This document shows, piece by piece, positions 30,507 through 40,297 of a stretch of 64,000 nt of DNA. The stretch covers positions 320,001 to 384,000 of the forward strand of contig CBDDTI010000747.1 of assembly GCA_965233585.1 (NCBI GenBank), written 5' to 3'. This stretch comes from a bacterium (GTDB taxonomy: Bacteria; SAR324; NAC60-12). Position numbers and translations under genes: made by a program. The stretch's first letter is position 1; each line of letters starts with the position of its first letter. Under the pieces are notes generated by a model. That model was not told where the DNA came from and made no database searches. It saw only the letters and a list, made by a program, of their open reading frames with translations.

Positions 30507-31610
30507 TTAAAAAGAAGCATCAAAAAGATGTCCACGGTCTGGTTTGAACTGAACCCAAACTGACTGCCCAACGGTGAAATTTTCTTTGGTGTCGGCAAAT
30601 CCCCCAAAAAACACGCCTCCCACTTCAAAGTAAATCAGCAACTTGTCCCCATCAGACGCATGTTCAATGGTGTAGATTGGAAGTGAGACCGCATGGTTGA
30701 CCTGTTGTACAGAAACGGCTACCTCACTTGGTCTGACTCCCAAACGACATTGTGTCTGACCTGTCTCCAAACGTTGGTTTGCACTGAGTTGAAGGGTTTC
30801 ATTCAATGGAAATTGAATAGCATCTACTTCAAACTTCAAATCACTTTCAATTTGGATAATCTGACCATCAACCAAGTTCATAGCAGGGTCTCCCAACAAA
30901 TGCCCGACATAATCGGTAGCAGGTTGGTGATAAATTGTTCTAGGCGTGTCAATTTGCAAAACACGTCCTTCATTCAAAATCAAAATACGGTCAGAAAGTC
31001 CAAGAGCTTCACGGAAGTCATGGGTGACGTAAACGATGGTTGCCCCCAAGTTTTTAGCCATTGCTTTCAAATTTGCACGGGCAATCGTTCTTAAATTGGC
31101 GTCAAGGTGAGCAATAGGTTCATCAAGAAGGTAAACATTGGCTTCTCGCACCAAGCAACGTGCCAATGACACCCTTTGCTTTTGCCCTCCTGATAATTGC
31201 ACAGGCATTCGTTCCAACAGATGCCCGATTCCTAATTCATCAGCAACCCATTGCACCTTTTTTTGAATTTCAGAATCATTGATTTTTTTAGATTTAGGAG
31301 AACGTAGAGGAAAAGCGATATTCTCACCAACAGTCAGGTGAGGGTATAGGGCATAATTTTCAAAAGCCATAGCAATATTGCGTTCTTGAATCCCAACACC
31401 TTCTAAAGGTTGACCCTTGATAGAAATCTGCCCTGAGTATCCTTTTTTGATGCCTGCAATGCACTCAAGAATCGTTGTTTTGCCTGCACCAGAGGGACCG
31501 AACAAGGTAAAAAACTCTCCTTCTTGACATGTAAAAGAAACTTCTTTGATTGCTTCTAAGCTGCCAAAAGATTTAGAGACATTTTCTAATTTTAAGAGAC
31601 TCATTTTCAA
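30507..31610 (-). CDS. Second sugar ABC transporter ATPase (start likely 31604, MSLLK)
   Basis: GPSGAGKT, LSGGQ, LLDEP. Confidence 0.93.
   Translation of the reverse strand: MKMSLLKLENVSKSFGSLEAIKEVSFTCQEGEFFTLFGPSGAGKTTILECIAGIKKGYSGQISIKGQPLEGVGIQERNIAMAFENYALYPHLTVGENIAFPLRSPKSKKINDSEIQKKVQWVADELGIGHLLERMPVQLSGGQKQRVSLARCLVREANVYLLDEPIAHLDANLRTIARANLKAMAKNLGATIVYVTHDFREALGLSDRILILNEGRVLQIDTPRTIYHQPATDYVGHLLGDPAMNLVDGQIIQIESDLKFEVDAIQFPLNETLQLSANQRLETGQTQCRLGVRPSEVAVSVQQVNHAVSLPIYTIEHASDGDKLLIYFEVGGVFFGGFADTKENFTVGQSVWVQFKPDRGHLFDASF
31565..31606. repeat. 42-bp direct repeat, copy 1 (5' end of the ABC ATPase gene)
   Basis: CAAAAGATTTAGAGACATTTTCTAATTTTAAGAGACTCATTT; 40/42 identical to 33673-33714. 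Confidence 0.92.
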
Positions 31611-31655
31611 TCAATTCTTACAGATTGGATTTGTTGTTATTCTAAGGTCAAAACA

Positions 31656-32882
31656 TTATTTTTCACAAACTACAATATATTCTTGTGTCATTGTGCTTAG
31701 TCTTTGATTTTTTTGATTGGTTGGTGAATTTTGAAGAGGCATAGATTTGTTACCGAGTAATCTTTCATAAGTGAAAAGATGAGTAAAATTTTGTTCTTCA
31801 AACTTTTCAGCAATAAATTGATCTGTTGGCAATTGAATATTTTTGACTCTTCTATTTCCAACAACATAAATGATTGTTCCTCCTTTTTTAACACTATCAG
31901 CAATTTTATAAATTGATTGTTCTAAATCGTGATAAAACGAAGAAACCTCTAAAGCTCTTTTATAAGATTCTTTTGAAATATCACTTATGGAAGAAGCAAT
32001 CATTCCTTTAGTGTATAAAGTTTTTGTTGTTCTACCTCCCATAAGTAAGCTATCAATCTTACGAGAATAATCAATTCCTAACCATTGATTAGAAAACATA
32101 GAAAATTGACCATAAGCAACCGTGGTTTTACTATCTCCATAAGGTGGGCTTGTTAAAACCACATCATAATACTTTTTTCTCTTTTTGAAAGAATGAGAAT
32201 CAACATCTATTTTTACAGCAGATAAGCGAGGCAAGTAATATTTTTGATAGATTTCAATCGTTCTATTCAATTTATCAAAGTACAGACCAAAAACATCTGG
32301 ATTAAAATTCAAAATATCTTCCGTTTTCATTTTATAAAGTTTAAACTCATGATTTCTTGTATAAGAACATTCACGAATAGTTTCAGAAAAAGGAATTAAA
32401 AAAAGTCTTCTTAAGTCTTTATTTTTTATCTTATTTAAGAAATATTTTATCACTGAAAGATTTTTTAAAGCTATATCAGAAAACCAAAAATTTATATTAT
32501 AAAAATTTGGAATTTCTAAATTCTTTAAATTTTCTTCTTTTTTAATAAATTCATAAATAGAATTTCTTAGATTTTGCTTACAAGAAGTTACTTTTAATGA
32601 ATCCACTTTTGTAAATTTTGCTCTTGAGATTAAAACAGCTAAAGGATTGATATCAAATCCATCCATTTCTGAAATTCCACAATCCAAACCAGCAATGAAA
32701 GAAGAACCAGAGCCACAATAAGGATCAAGCAATTTTCCACCTTTTATCTCTAATTCTTTCAAAATTTCAATTCCTATTTGGGGAAGCATGGTTGCTGGAT
32801 ATTTATGTAAATTGGGATACACACTTGCATAAGATTGTCCGATAAAGTCATACTTATCATTTCTTCTTACTGGATATTTCAT
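31656..32882 (-). CDS. N4-cytosine DNA methyltransferase of a type II R-M system
   Basis: LDPYCGSG (motif I) before TSPPY (motif IV); HKYPA; very AT-rich. Confidence 0.9.
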   Translation of the reverse strand: MKYPVRRNDKYDFIGQSYASVYPNLHKYPATMLPQIGIEILKELEIKGGKLLDPYCGSGSSFIAGLDCGISEMDGFDINPLAVLISRAKFTKVDSLKVTSCKQNLRNSIYEFIKKEENLKNLEIPNFYNINFWFSDIALKNLSVIKYFLNKIKNKDLRRLFLIPFSETIRECSYTRNHEFKLYKMKTEDILNFNPDVFGLYFDKLNRTIEIYQKYYLPRLSAVKIDVDSHSFKKRKKYYDVVLTSPPYGDSKTTVAYGQFSMFSNQWLGIDYSRKIDSLLMGGRTTKTLYTKGMIASSISDISKESYKRALEVSSFYHDLEQSIYKIADSVKKGGTIIYVVGNRRVKNIQLPTDQFIAEKFEEQNFTHLFTYERLLGNKSMPLQNSPTNQKNQRLSTMTQEYIVVCEK

Positions 32883-33646
32883 AATGTTTGGTTGACAAAA
32901 TCTACTAAATTAGATAGAGAAGAAATAAAGTTTTTGTTTATAGGCTTAGCTATAAATGATTTATCAAAAAACTTAAACATTCCTCTATGTTGAGGACTAT
33001 CAATTTCATCATAAAAATTAACTGTAGCAAAACATATAACTGGCATTTTACTTGGATTATAAGAAATATTGTATTTCTTTTTAATAGGATTTTCAGTATT
33101 TGCAATTTCCATTAAAAGTTTCCACTTATATGTCTGACCAGCTCTTTCACGAAGTGAAGTTTTAAGAGATAAAATCATACATTCATCTATTTCTTCATTT
33201 TTCTTTTTAGTAAAAATGATCAAATCACAATCTGGTTTCTGTGTCTCTCCATCTACATTGATAGTGGATATACTGTCAAAACCTTTTACTTGAGATTTTT
33301 GACTTGTAATAAAAATATGCGGTTTGATATTTTCTATAATTTTATTATTTAAAAAAATATAGATAATAGTATTTGAAAAAGTATTTCCAGCAATTGATTT
33401 CATTGCTTGACGAACATCTTTTATTTCTCCTTTCCTTTTTCTTTCTTCTAAAATTTGTTCCACGTCATCTTTAGCTTCAACTAAAATAGTATAAATTTCA
33501 TTAAATACTTCTTGCCATGCTTTTTTAAGATTTTGGTTTGAATCTACAAAATCATTTATTCTTTTTAAAGTCGGTGGCATATAGAAAGATTTTTCAATAT
33601 CTAAAAGAATCTTTTGTTCTTGAGTATTTAATTCGTATTTATTCAT
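32879..33646 (-). CDS. Type II restriction endonuclease of the CCGG-core family (BsaWI/Cfr10I-like)
   Basis: KPDCDL...SLKTSLRERAGQ matches the PD..KxxxRER signature; 4-bp overlap with the MTase. Confidence 0.85.
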   Translation of the reverse strand: MNKYELNTQEQKILLDIEKSFYMPPTLKRINDFVDSNQNLKKAWQEVFNEIYTILVEAKDDVEQILEERKRKGEIKDVRQAMKSIAGNTFSNTIIYIFLNNKIIENIKPHIFITSQKSQVKGFDSISTINVDGETQKPDCDLIIFTKKKNEEIDECMILSLKTSLRERAGQTYKWKLLMEIANTENPIKKKYNISYNPSKMPVICFATVNFYDEIDSPQHRGMFKFFDKSFIAKPINKNFISSLSNLVDFVNQTL

Positions 33647-33672
33647 GCTTTAAACAAATGCTTTAAAAATAT

Positions 33673-33714
33673 CAAAAGATTTAGAGACATTTTCTAATTT
33701 CAAGAGACTTATTT
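33673..33714. repeat. 42-bp direct repeat, copy 2 (start codon reads ATA instead of ATG)
   Basis: CAAAAGATTTAGAGACATTTTCTAATTTCAAGAGACTTATTT. Confidence 0.92.
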
Positions 33715-33733
33715 GGTATTCCTATTGACGTTC

Positions 33734-33913
33734 CTATGTTTTTTTGAAAAAGAACAATCGGTTTGCCCAGAGAACGAAGCTAATCAGGACGATAAAGGCA
33801 AAAGCAGAACCAGCATAAAAGTTGATATATTCTTCAAGTCCTCCGAGTAATAAAAAGTGGATTCCAATAAAAATCAGCATTCCCCAAAAAATTCTGTCCA
33901 TTAAATCTAGCAT
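33734..33913 (-). CDS. Small membrane protein of the ABC operon (DUF2160/GlpU-like), missing from the ORF track
   Basis: 59 aa MLDLMDRIFWGMLIFIGIHFLLLGGLEEYINFYAGSAFAFIVLISFVLWANRLFFFKKT; starts 1 nt after the permease stop; two hydrophobic segments. Confidence 0.75.
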   Translation of the reverse strand: MLDLMDRIFWGMLIFIGIHFLLLGGLEEYINFYAGSAFAFIVLISFVLWANRLFFFKKT

Positions 33914-33914
33914 G

Positions 33915-34757
33915 TTATCCTTTCACTGCACCAAAGGTGAGACCGCGAATGATATGTTTTTGCATCAGCCATGCGGCAAGAAGTGTTGGTAAAACGGCAA
34001 TACCCATCATGGCAGCCATAGGACCCCACTGGATTTCAACAGAACCCCAAAAGGTGGATTGCCCAACAGAAATGGTTCTGGCATTGGTGCGTGTGAATAA
34101 AAAAGCGAATAAAAACTCGTTCCATGACCAGATTAAGCAAAACATGGTCGTGATAGCAATGCCCGGTTTGATTAAAGGAAACACGATTTTACGCAAGATA
34201 GACAGGCGATCATAGCCGTCTAGCATAGCAGCATGTTCCAAACTTTCTGGAATTTCACGGAAGAAGCCATACAGCAGAAAAGTTGCAAAACTCATGTTGA
34301 AGTAAACATACAACAAAATCAGTCCCAAATGTGTATCTAATAGATTTAATTCTCTAAACAATAAGAAAAATGGAATTGCTGCGACGACACCAGGGAACAT
34401 TCGTGTAGAAATTGTGATGAATAAAATATGCCCATTGCCTGTGTTGAATCTTGCAAAACTGTATGCGGCAGGAATGGAAACCAGCATCACAAAAAGAGTA
34501 CTGATGACACTGATGATCAATGAATTGACCAATTCCGTCAAAGAAGGTCTGACATTGATGAGGTAGTCAAAGTTCTCCAAAGTCGGCATGAAGACAAAAG
34601 GATTTTCTGCAAAGATGTCATCAGGTGCTTTCAGAGCAGTGACATAAATCCAAAAGACAGGAAAAACAAAGACAAAGACCATCAAACCGACTGACAGCCA
34701 AAATAAAAACTTTTTCATGCGTTCGTTTGATTCAGGCTTGATCCATGGCTTTGACAA
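33915..34757 (-). CDS. Carbohydrate ABC permease (MalG-like)
   Basis: EHAAMLDG (EAA loop), WNEFLFA, IRGLTFGAVKG. Confidence 0.93.
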   Translation of the reverse strand: MSKPWIKPESNERMKKFLFWLSVGLMVFVFVFPVFWIYVTALKAPDDIFAENPFVFMPTLENFDYLINVRPSLTELVNSLIISVISTLFVMLVSIPAAYSFARFNTGNGHILFITISTRMFPGVVAAIPFFLLFRELNLLDTHLGLILLYVYFNMSFATFLLYGFFREIPESLEHAAMLDGYDRLSILRKIVFPLIKPGIAITTMFCLIWSWNEFLFAFLFTRTNARTISVGQSTFWGSVEIQWGPMAAMMGIAVLPTLLAAWLMQKHIIRGLTFGAVKG

Positions 34758-35619
34758 GTTGTTTAAACATCAACGACCCCACAATCAAGGTCATGTACAA
34801 GGCAAATAAGGCATACGCTGCACCTTGACCAATGTCAAAAAAGACAAAAGAGATGCGATAAATCATCCAATCCAATAATTCTGTCCCCAATCCACCACGT
34901 GTTGTTCCATAAAGGGGGTCAAACAACCGCATCAACCACATTGTCCTTAACAGAATAATAATGATGATGAGAGGCTTGAGCATTGGTAACTGCAAACGAA
35001 AGAAGACCCTGATGGCTGAAGCACCGTCTATTTGTGCCGCTTCAAATTGGTCACGTGGCAGTCCCCTTAATCCTGCAAGAATGACAAAAATAGAAAAAGG
35101 CAACCACTGCCAGACTGTAATAAAAACGATAGTATTCAACGCTAAATTAGGGTCTGACAGAAAAGGCACTGCTTGAAAACCCAACCACGTCAAAACCGTA
35201 TTGACGACACCAAACTGAATATGAAGCATGTAATTCCACATCAGCGACATGGACAAAGGAGAGATGAGTAAAGAAATCAAACACAATCCACGCACCAATC
35301 CCTGCCCATAAAAATTACGATTGAGCAACAGGGCAAAACCCATTCCCAGCACTAGCTCAATGATAATACAGACTACCAAAACGTAAATCGTGTTACCCAA
35401 CGCCTTCCAAAACACATCATCTTGCAGAATATCACGATAATTCTCCAGACCAATAAATTCAGGCTCGCCCCGCATGACATAGTCCGTGAAGGACATGTAC
35501 AAGCTATAAAGAGTAGGATAAAGCATGAAACAGATTAAAAACACCACCATCGGCGCAATTAAAATCCATTTCATCACCCGATCGTCATTGAAGAACGAAA
35601 CGTGTCTTTGCTCAAACAT
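34732..35619 (-). CDS. Carbohydrate ABC permease (MalF-like)
   Basis: FIGLENY, WQWLPF, EAAQIDGA. Confidence 0.93.
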   Translation of the reverse strand: MFEQRHVSFFNDDRVMKWILIAPMVVFLICFMLYPTLYSLYMSFTDYVMRGEPEFIGLENYRDILQDDVFWKALGNTIYVLVVCIIIELVLGMGFALLLNRNFYGQGLVRGLCLISLLISPLSMSLMWNYMLHIQFGVVNTVLTWLGFQAVPFLSDPNLALNTIVFITVWQWLPFSIFVILAGLRGLPRDQFEAAQIDGASAIRVFFRLQLPMLKPLIIIIILLRTMWLMRLFDPLYGTTRGGLGTELLDWMIYRISFVFFDIGQGAAYALFALYMTLIVGSLMFKQLVKAMDQA

Positions 35620-35689
35620 AAAGGTTCATTGAGAAATTGCAAAAGAGAAGGTCAAGGTGCTATTGATCTAGCACCCCGATTATTAACTC

Positions 35690-37165
35690 TCAACGTTGAG
35701 CAGGCAAATCTCCAAACTTCCTTTGGAGCTTTCTAAAGGATTTTTCCCACGCCTTCAAACTTTCTTCTGGGGTCGTTTCTCCGATGGCATTTTCATGTCC
35801 AATGATGGTCATTTGCTCATAGAGTTTTCCAAAAGCGGAGCTGTTGAAGTGCAGATAACCATTCACATCTTGATGTTGAACCTGCCATTGCTCAAGCGTG
35901 GGCTGAATCCAACCATAGCTTTTGTAATTATTTTCAATGGTTTTATCAGGCTCACTCAAAGCTGTTGAACTAGTTCCAGCCCAGCCTCCATCAATCATTT
36001 CTTTTTGAGTCTTGTAAGACCCAATGTACTTAAGCAACCAATACGTTGCCTCAGGGTTAGGACTATCTAAACTTGGTGCAAAGTGAAAAGCACCGGTATA
36101 AGGACGTTCGCCCACCACAGGAGCGGCAGCGGCTTTTGCCCCTGCGACTTCCAGCTTCACATCAGAAGCCCAGTTCCACAATCCGTTGTACATCAAAGGA
36201 ATGATAGCAGTTTTGCCTTCTACAAATTGAGCAGTAGCAAAATCCCAAAACGCATTAGATGACCCAGGAGGAGAAAATTGCATCATGTCTTGATAGTAAG
36301 CAAATGCCCACTTTAGGGTGTCTCGGTCTTTTTTGGTGATTTTAAAACCAACAACCTTGCCATTTTCCCTGACAGAAGTTGCCCAGTGTGCGTTTTTGCT
36401 CCAAATCATTGCAGCCAATTCATCTTGAACATGAGGGAAACGTCCTGCCATCAGAGACACACCATAAAAATCATGTTTCAGTGTTTCTCCTTTCAGCTTC
36501 TCTCCTTTTTGACGAGTAAAAAACTCTGCTTGGTCTCTTAACTGCTCCCAAGTTTTGGCAGGGTAGAGATTGTAGCCATACTTGGCTCTAAATGCTTTTC
36601 TCTCATCAGGGTTTGTAAATAAATCTTCACGGTAGATAGAAACCATCGTATAGGTGTAATAAGGCATACCCATCAGTTTTCCCTCTCGTGTTGAGGACAT
36701 TCTCAACAAGCCGGGGTCAATGCCGTCTAGCACCTTTTGAATCCCCGCACGTCCTTCAGGGTCATACTTTTCTGCAAGGTCATAAATGGGGTATAAGTAA
36801 TTTTGCCACTCATTTGTCCAAGACGTTTCAGTAATGACCACATCATACGCCCCTGTTCGTCCTTGCAACTCCACCACCTCCTTAGAGTAAATGGTTGCAA
36901 AAACCATAGATTCAGAAGTGACGGGAACACCTGTTGCCTCTGAAAAACGTTTGAGGTAAGTCAGAATGAGGTCAGCTGACCCCCCTGCCTCCAGTGCGAC
37001 GTGAATAGGTTCTTTGTTCTTGATTTCTGGAATATCTTCCAACGTGAAGCCATCAGCAGCATAAGCCATACTTGCAACGAACGAGAAAGCAACTAAACTG
37101 CTGACAGATTTGATTAAGTTTTGCAAACGATTGAAATAATAATGCTTGTACACAAAGTTCTCCAT
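35690..37165 (-). CDS. Carbohydrate ABC transporter solute-binding protein
   Basis: Signal peptide ending AYA; YDVV, YREDLF, PAKTWEQLRDQAEFF; first gene of the operon. Confidence 0.88.
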   Translation of the reverse strand: MENFVYKHYYFNRLQNLIKSVSSLVAFSFVASMAYAADGFTLEDIPEIKNKEPIHVALEAGGSADLILTYLKRFSEATGVPVTSESMVFATIYSKEVVELQGRTGAYDVVITETSWTNEWQNYLYPIYDLAEKYDPEGRAGIQKVLDGIDPGLLRMSSTREGKLMGMPYYTYTMVSIYREDLFTNPDERKAFRAKYGYNLYPAKTWEQLRDQAEFFTRQKGEKLKGETLKHDFYGVSLMAGRFPHVQDELAAMIWSKNAHWATSVRENGKVVGFKITKKDRDTLKWAFAYYQDMMQFSPPGSSNAFWDFATAQFVEGKTAIIPLMYNGLWNWASDVKLEVAGAKAAAAPVVGERPYTGAFHFAPSLDSPNPEATYWLLKYIGSYKTQKEMIDGGWAGTSSTALSEPDKTIENNYKSYGWIQPTLEQWQVQHQDVNGYLHFNSSAFGKLYEQMTIIGHENAIGETTPEESLKAWEKSFRKLQRKFGDLPAQR

Positions 37166-37252
37166 AAATGAGTTAATGAGATTTTAATAAAATGAATTAG
37201 TTTAGAACGTGGTCGTTTAATGTTTCATAGGCAATTTTTTAAATAGCAAAAA

Positions 37253-37496
37253 AAGATAGCGTTACTATAATTTTTGGATTTTTCTTTGTCAAGAACTATT
37301 TTCAGAAAAAATTAAAAATATTTCAAAAAGCTAAGATTTAAATAGCTAAAACATTGTTTTTTATGATTATCTAAAACATCTATCAAAATAAAATTCTCTT
37401 GATTGAATCTGATTCGGGTGAATTAAGGTTAACTTTTTTAGTAGTATTACTATTTCTTGAAAAAAATCAAATTAAGTAAAACTGGCAAATGTTTTT
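37253..37496. repeat. ~245-bp diverged direct repeat, copy 1 (promoter/operator region)
   Basis: Collinear with 38776-39031 from AAGATAGCGTTACTATAATTTTTGG through AACATCTATCAAAAT, GAATTAAGGTT and GTAGTATTACTAT to GCAAATGTTTTT. Confidence 0.92.
37264..37292 (-). promoter_or_regulatory. Sigma-70 promoter of the ABC operon, overlapped by a putative operator ATAGCGTTACTAT
   Basis: Minus strand TTGACA-17 nt-TATAGT. Confidence 0.75.
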
Positions 37497-38605
37497 TAGA
37501 TGTCATGGTCGGTACGATTTGCAAGCTCAACCGCATCAGCAATATGCACGGTGGATGTAGGAAAAGCAGTTTCTGCCCCGTGATGTGCAATAATTTCTAA
37601 TACCTTGAGCAATACCTTCTCTTTCACCTGATGATACTGCACCCAGTCAGTCGTTTTGGTGAAGGTATAAATAAAAAAATCCAAAGACGACGGGGCAAAG
37701 CTATTAAAATTGACGATGAGTGTTTTATTCTTATCAATGTCCTCGTGTTGCTCTAGCATCTGCCGCACATCTGCCACAATGGTTGCCATTTTGTTTGCAT
37801 CACTGTAACGAATACCAATGGTTTCATAAATTCGTCTATTGAGCATTCGCGAAGGATTTTCTACGGCTATTTGATTAAAAACGGCATTGGGTACATATAG
37901 CGGACGTTGGTCAAATGTACGGATACGAGACAACCGCCAGCCAATATCCTCAATCGTGCCTTCAATTTCTCTATCTGGTGAACGCACCCAATCACCGACT
38001 TTGAAAGGTCTGTCCAAATAAATCATCAAACCGCCAAAGAAGTTAGCCAGTAAATCTTTAGCTGCCAAACCAACAGCCAAGCCACCCACACCGCCAAACG
38101 CCAAAATACCAGAGATGCTATAACCTAACTTTTGCAAAATCACCAAAGATGAGGTAATCAGAACAGAAATCCTCAGCAATTTACCCACAGCCATCACCGT
38201 GGTGGTGTCCATTGGTTTTTTGCTAAATGCTGGATCAATGTACCTAGGTTCTACACGGTGAATGAACCGCACGACAAACCAAGTCAATAGCAAAATAACA
38301 CCAACCTGACGAACAGGCACAGCCGATTTGAGCAAATTAATCTCTGATTGAGCCGCTGCTATTTGAGCCGACAGACTCAAGCCCAACAGCCAAATCATCC
38401 AATGCAGTGGTTTAGCAGCAGCCTCTATCAGCGCATCATCCCATAACGTTTGACTCTGTTTTGCTTGTTGCAATAATTTTATCAATAGATGTTTAACCAA
38501 CAAGGCAGCTATGGTGGTCAACAAAACCAGCACAAACACTTCTATAATCCAAAGCCATTCACTATCTATGAGTTGACTGACCCATTCAGGCAATATCTCG
38601 CTCAC
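37496..38605 (-). CDS. Small-conductance mechanosensitive channel (YnaI-like)
   Basis: AFGGVGGLAVGLAAKDLLANFFGG, DRPFKVGDW, YVPN, FPT. Confidence 0.93.
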   Translation of the reverse strand: MSEILPEWVSQLIDSEWLWIIEVFVLVLLTTIAALLVKHLLIKLLQQAKQSQTLWDDALIEAAAKPLHWMIWLLGLSLSAQIAAAQSEINLLKSAVPVRQVGVILLLTWFVVRFIHRVEPRYIDPAFSKKPMDTTTVMAVGKLLRISVLITSSLVILQKLGYSISGILAFGGVGGLAVGLAAKDLLANFFGGLMIYLDRPFKVGDWVRSPDREIEGTIEDIGWRLSRIRTFDQRPLYVPNAVFNQIAVENPSRMLNRRIYETIGIRYSDANKMATIVADVRQMLEQHEDIDKNKTLIVNFNSFAPSSLDFFIYTFTKTTDWVQYHQVKEKVLLKVLEIIAHHGAETAFPTSTVHIADAVELANRTDHDI

Positions 38606-38775
38606 CGTTCATTAACCTCGCTTGTATTGTTATCATCACACAGCTGCAATGCCCAACAACAGGCTTGCAACCACTGGGAAGATTGCTGTAACTGCTGCCA
38701 ATTCACTGACTTGCGGCTTATCATCTTACTCAAACGTTCGGCTGATTAGGAAGCTACCAAAAACTTCCTCAAATC

Positions 38776-39031
38776 AAGATAGCGTTACTATAATTTTTGG
38801 GTTTTTATTTATCAAGAACTATTTTGAAAAAAATTAAAAAAGATTTAAAAAAGTGATTTTTAAATCCTTAATACATTGTTTTATATGATTTTTATAAACA
38901 TCTATCAAAATCAAATTCTCTTGATTAAATCTGATTTGAGCGAATTAAGGTTGAATGAGATTGGTAGTATTACTATACTTTCCAAAGAATTAAGCAAAGA
39001 ATCAAGTCAGATGAAACTAGCAAATGTTTTT
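38776..39031. repeat. ~255-bp diverged direct repeat, copy 2
   Basis: Matches copy 1; retains TTGATA-17-TATAGT (38787-38815, minus strand) pointing into mscS. Confidence 0.92.
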
Positions 39032-39036
39032 GAGTT

Positions 39037-40257
39037 GTGCCATCATCTGTAACACTTTTTGAATGGAGAAAATCAATGAATGCTCAAATAATGAATGACC
39101 AAATCAACCAACTTCCTTCTGAATCAATTTTGCTGGGTCGTGTGTGGCGTCCTGACGTTGAAGGACCTGCTGTGTGCTTTATGCAAAACAACCAAATCTA
39201 TGACATTACATCGGTTGAAGCCCCCACAATGAGCGATGTCTTGGAAAAGCCTGACCCCGTGGCTTTTGTTCAAGAAAAGCTCTCTCATGCGTCACTTCTG
39301 GGGGAATGGAGTGAGGTTGTCAAAAACAGTTTAGACTCATCAGGAGACTTATCAAAAGTCCATCTGTTAGCCCCTTGTGATTTACAGGCAATCAAAGCCT
39401 GTGGAGTGACCTTTGCCCAATCTATGGTGGAAAGAGTGATAGAAGAGAAAGCATCAGGAGACTTTGCCAAAGCCGAAGCAATCCGAGACCAGCTGACCCA
39501 GTCCATTGGTGAATCCTTGAAAAATGTCAAAGCAGGTTCTCAACAAGCCGCAAAGCTGAAACAAGCCCTGCAAGAACAAGGACTTTGGAGTCAATACCTT
39601 GAAGTTGGAATCGGACCAGATGCTGAAGTGTTCACCAAGAGTCAAGCCATGTCAGCAGTGGGCTTTGGTGCAAAAGTTGGCATTCACCCCATGTCTAACT
39701 GGAACAACCCCGAGCCTGAAGTCGTTTTGGCAGTGTCTTCCAAAGGGAAAATTGTTGGGGCAACTTTGGGTAATGATGTGAATTTACGAGACGTTGAGGG
39801 ACGTTCTGCTTTGCTTTTGGGAAAAGCCAAAGACAACAATGCTTCTTGTGCGATGGGCCCATTAGTCCGATTGTTTGATGAGCATTACACCCTAGATGAT
39901 GTCCGTCATGCTCATTTGGATTTAATCGTTCAAGGTCAAGATGGCTTTATGTTGAAAGGAACATCAACCATGAGTCAAATCAGCCGAGACCCTGAAGAGT
40001 TAGTCAAACAGACGATTGGCGAGCATCATCAGTACCCTGATGGCTTCATGTTGTTCATGGGGACTCTGTTTGCACCCACTCAAGACCGAGACACACAGGG
40101 GCAAGGCTTCACTCACAAAGTCGGTGATGTGGTGTCTATTTCATCGGAAAAACTGGGGACGCTTGTCAACACTGTTGAGCTTTCTACAAAATGCCCTCAA
40201 TGGACTTTTGGCATCAGGGCATTGATGAAAAACCTTGCTCAACGACATTTACTTTAA
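39037..40257 (+). CDS. Fumarylacetoacetate hydrolase family protein, XylX-like (2-keto-3-deoxy-pentonate dehydratase); start probably ~39076-39091
   Basis: DLQAIKACGVTF, SQYLEVGIGPDAEVFTK, WNNPEPE, GNDVNLRDVEGRSALLL. Confidence 0.85.
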   Translation: MPSSVTLFEWRKSMNAQIMNDQINQLPSESILLGRVWRPDVEGPAVCFMQNNQIYDITSVEAPTMSDVLEKPDPVAFVQEKLSHASLLGEWSEVVKNSLDSSGDLSKVHLLAPCDLQAIKACGVTFAQSMVERVIEEKASGDFAKAEAIRDQLTQSIGESLKNVKAGSQQAAKLKQALQEQGLWSQYLEVGIGPDAEVFTKSQAMSAVGFGAKVGIHPMSNWNNPEPEVVLAVSSKGKIVGATLGNDVNLRDVEGRSALLLGKAKDNNASCAMGPLVRLFDEHYTLDDVRHAHLDLIVQGQDGFMLKGTSTMSQISRDPEELVKQTIGEHHQYPDGFMLFMGTLFAPTQDRDTQGQGFTHKVGDVVSISSEKLGTLVNTVELSTKCPQWTFGIRALMKNLAQRHLL

Positions 40258-40297
40258 GGGATAAGAAAAATTGAAAAATTGAAAATAGGATAAATTT

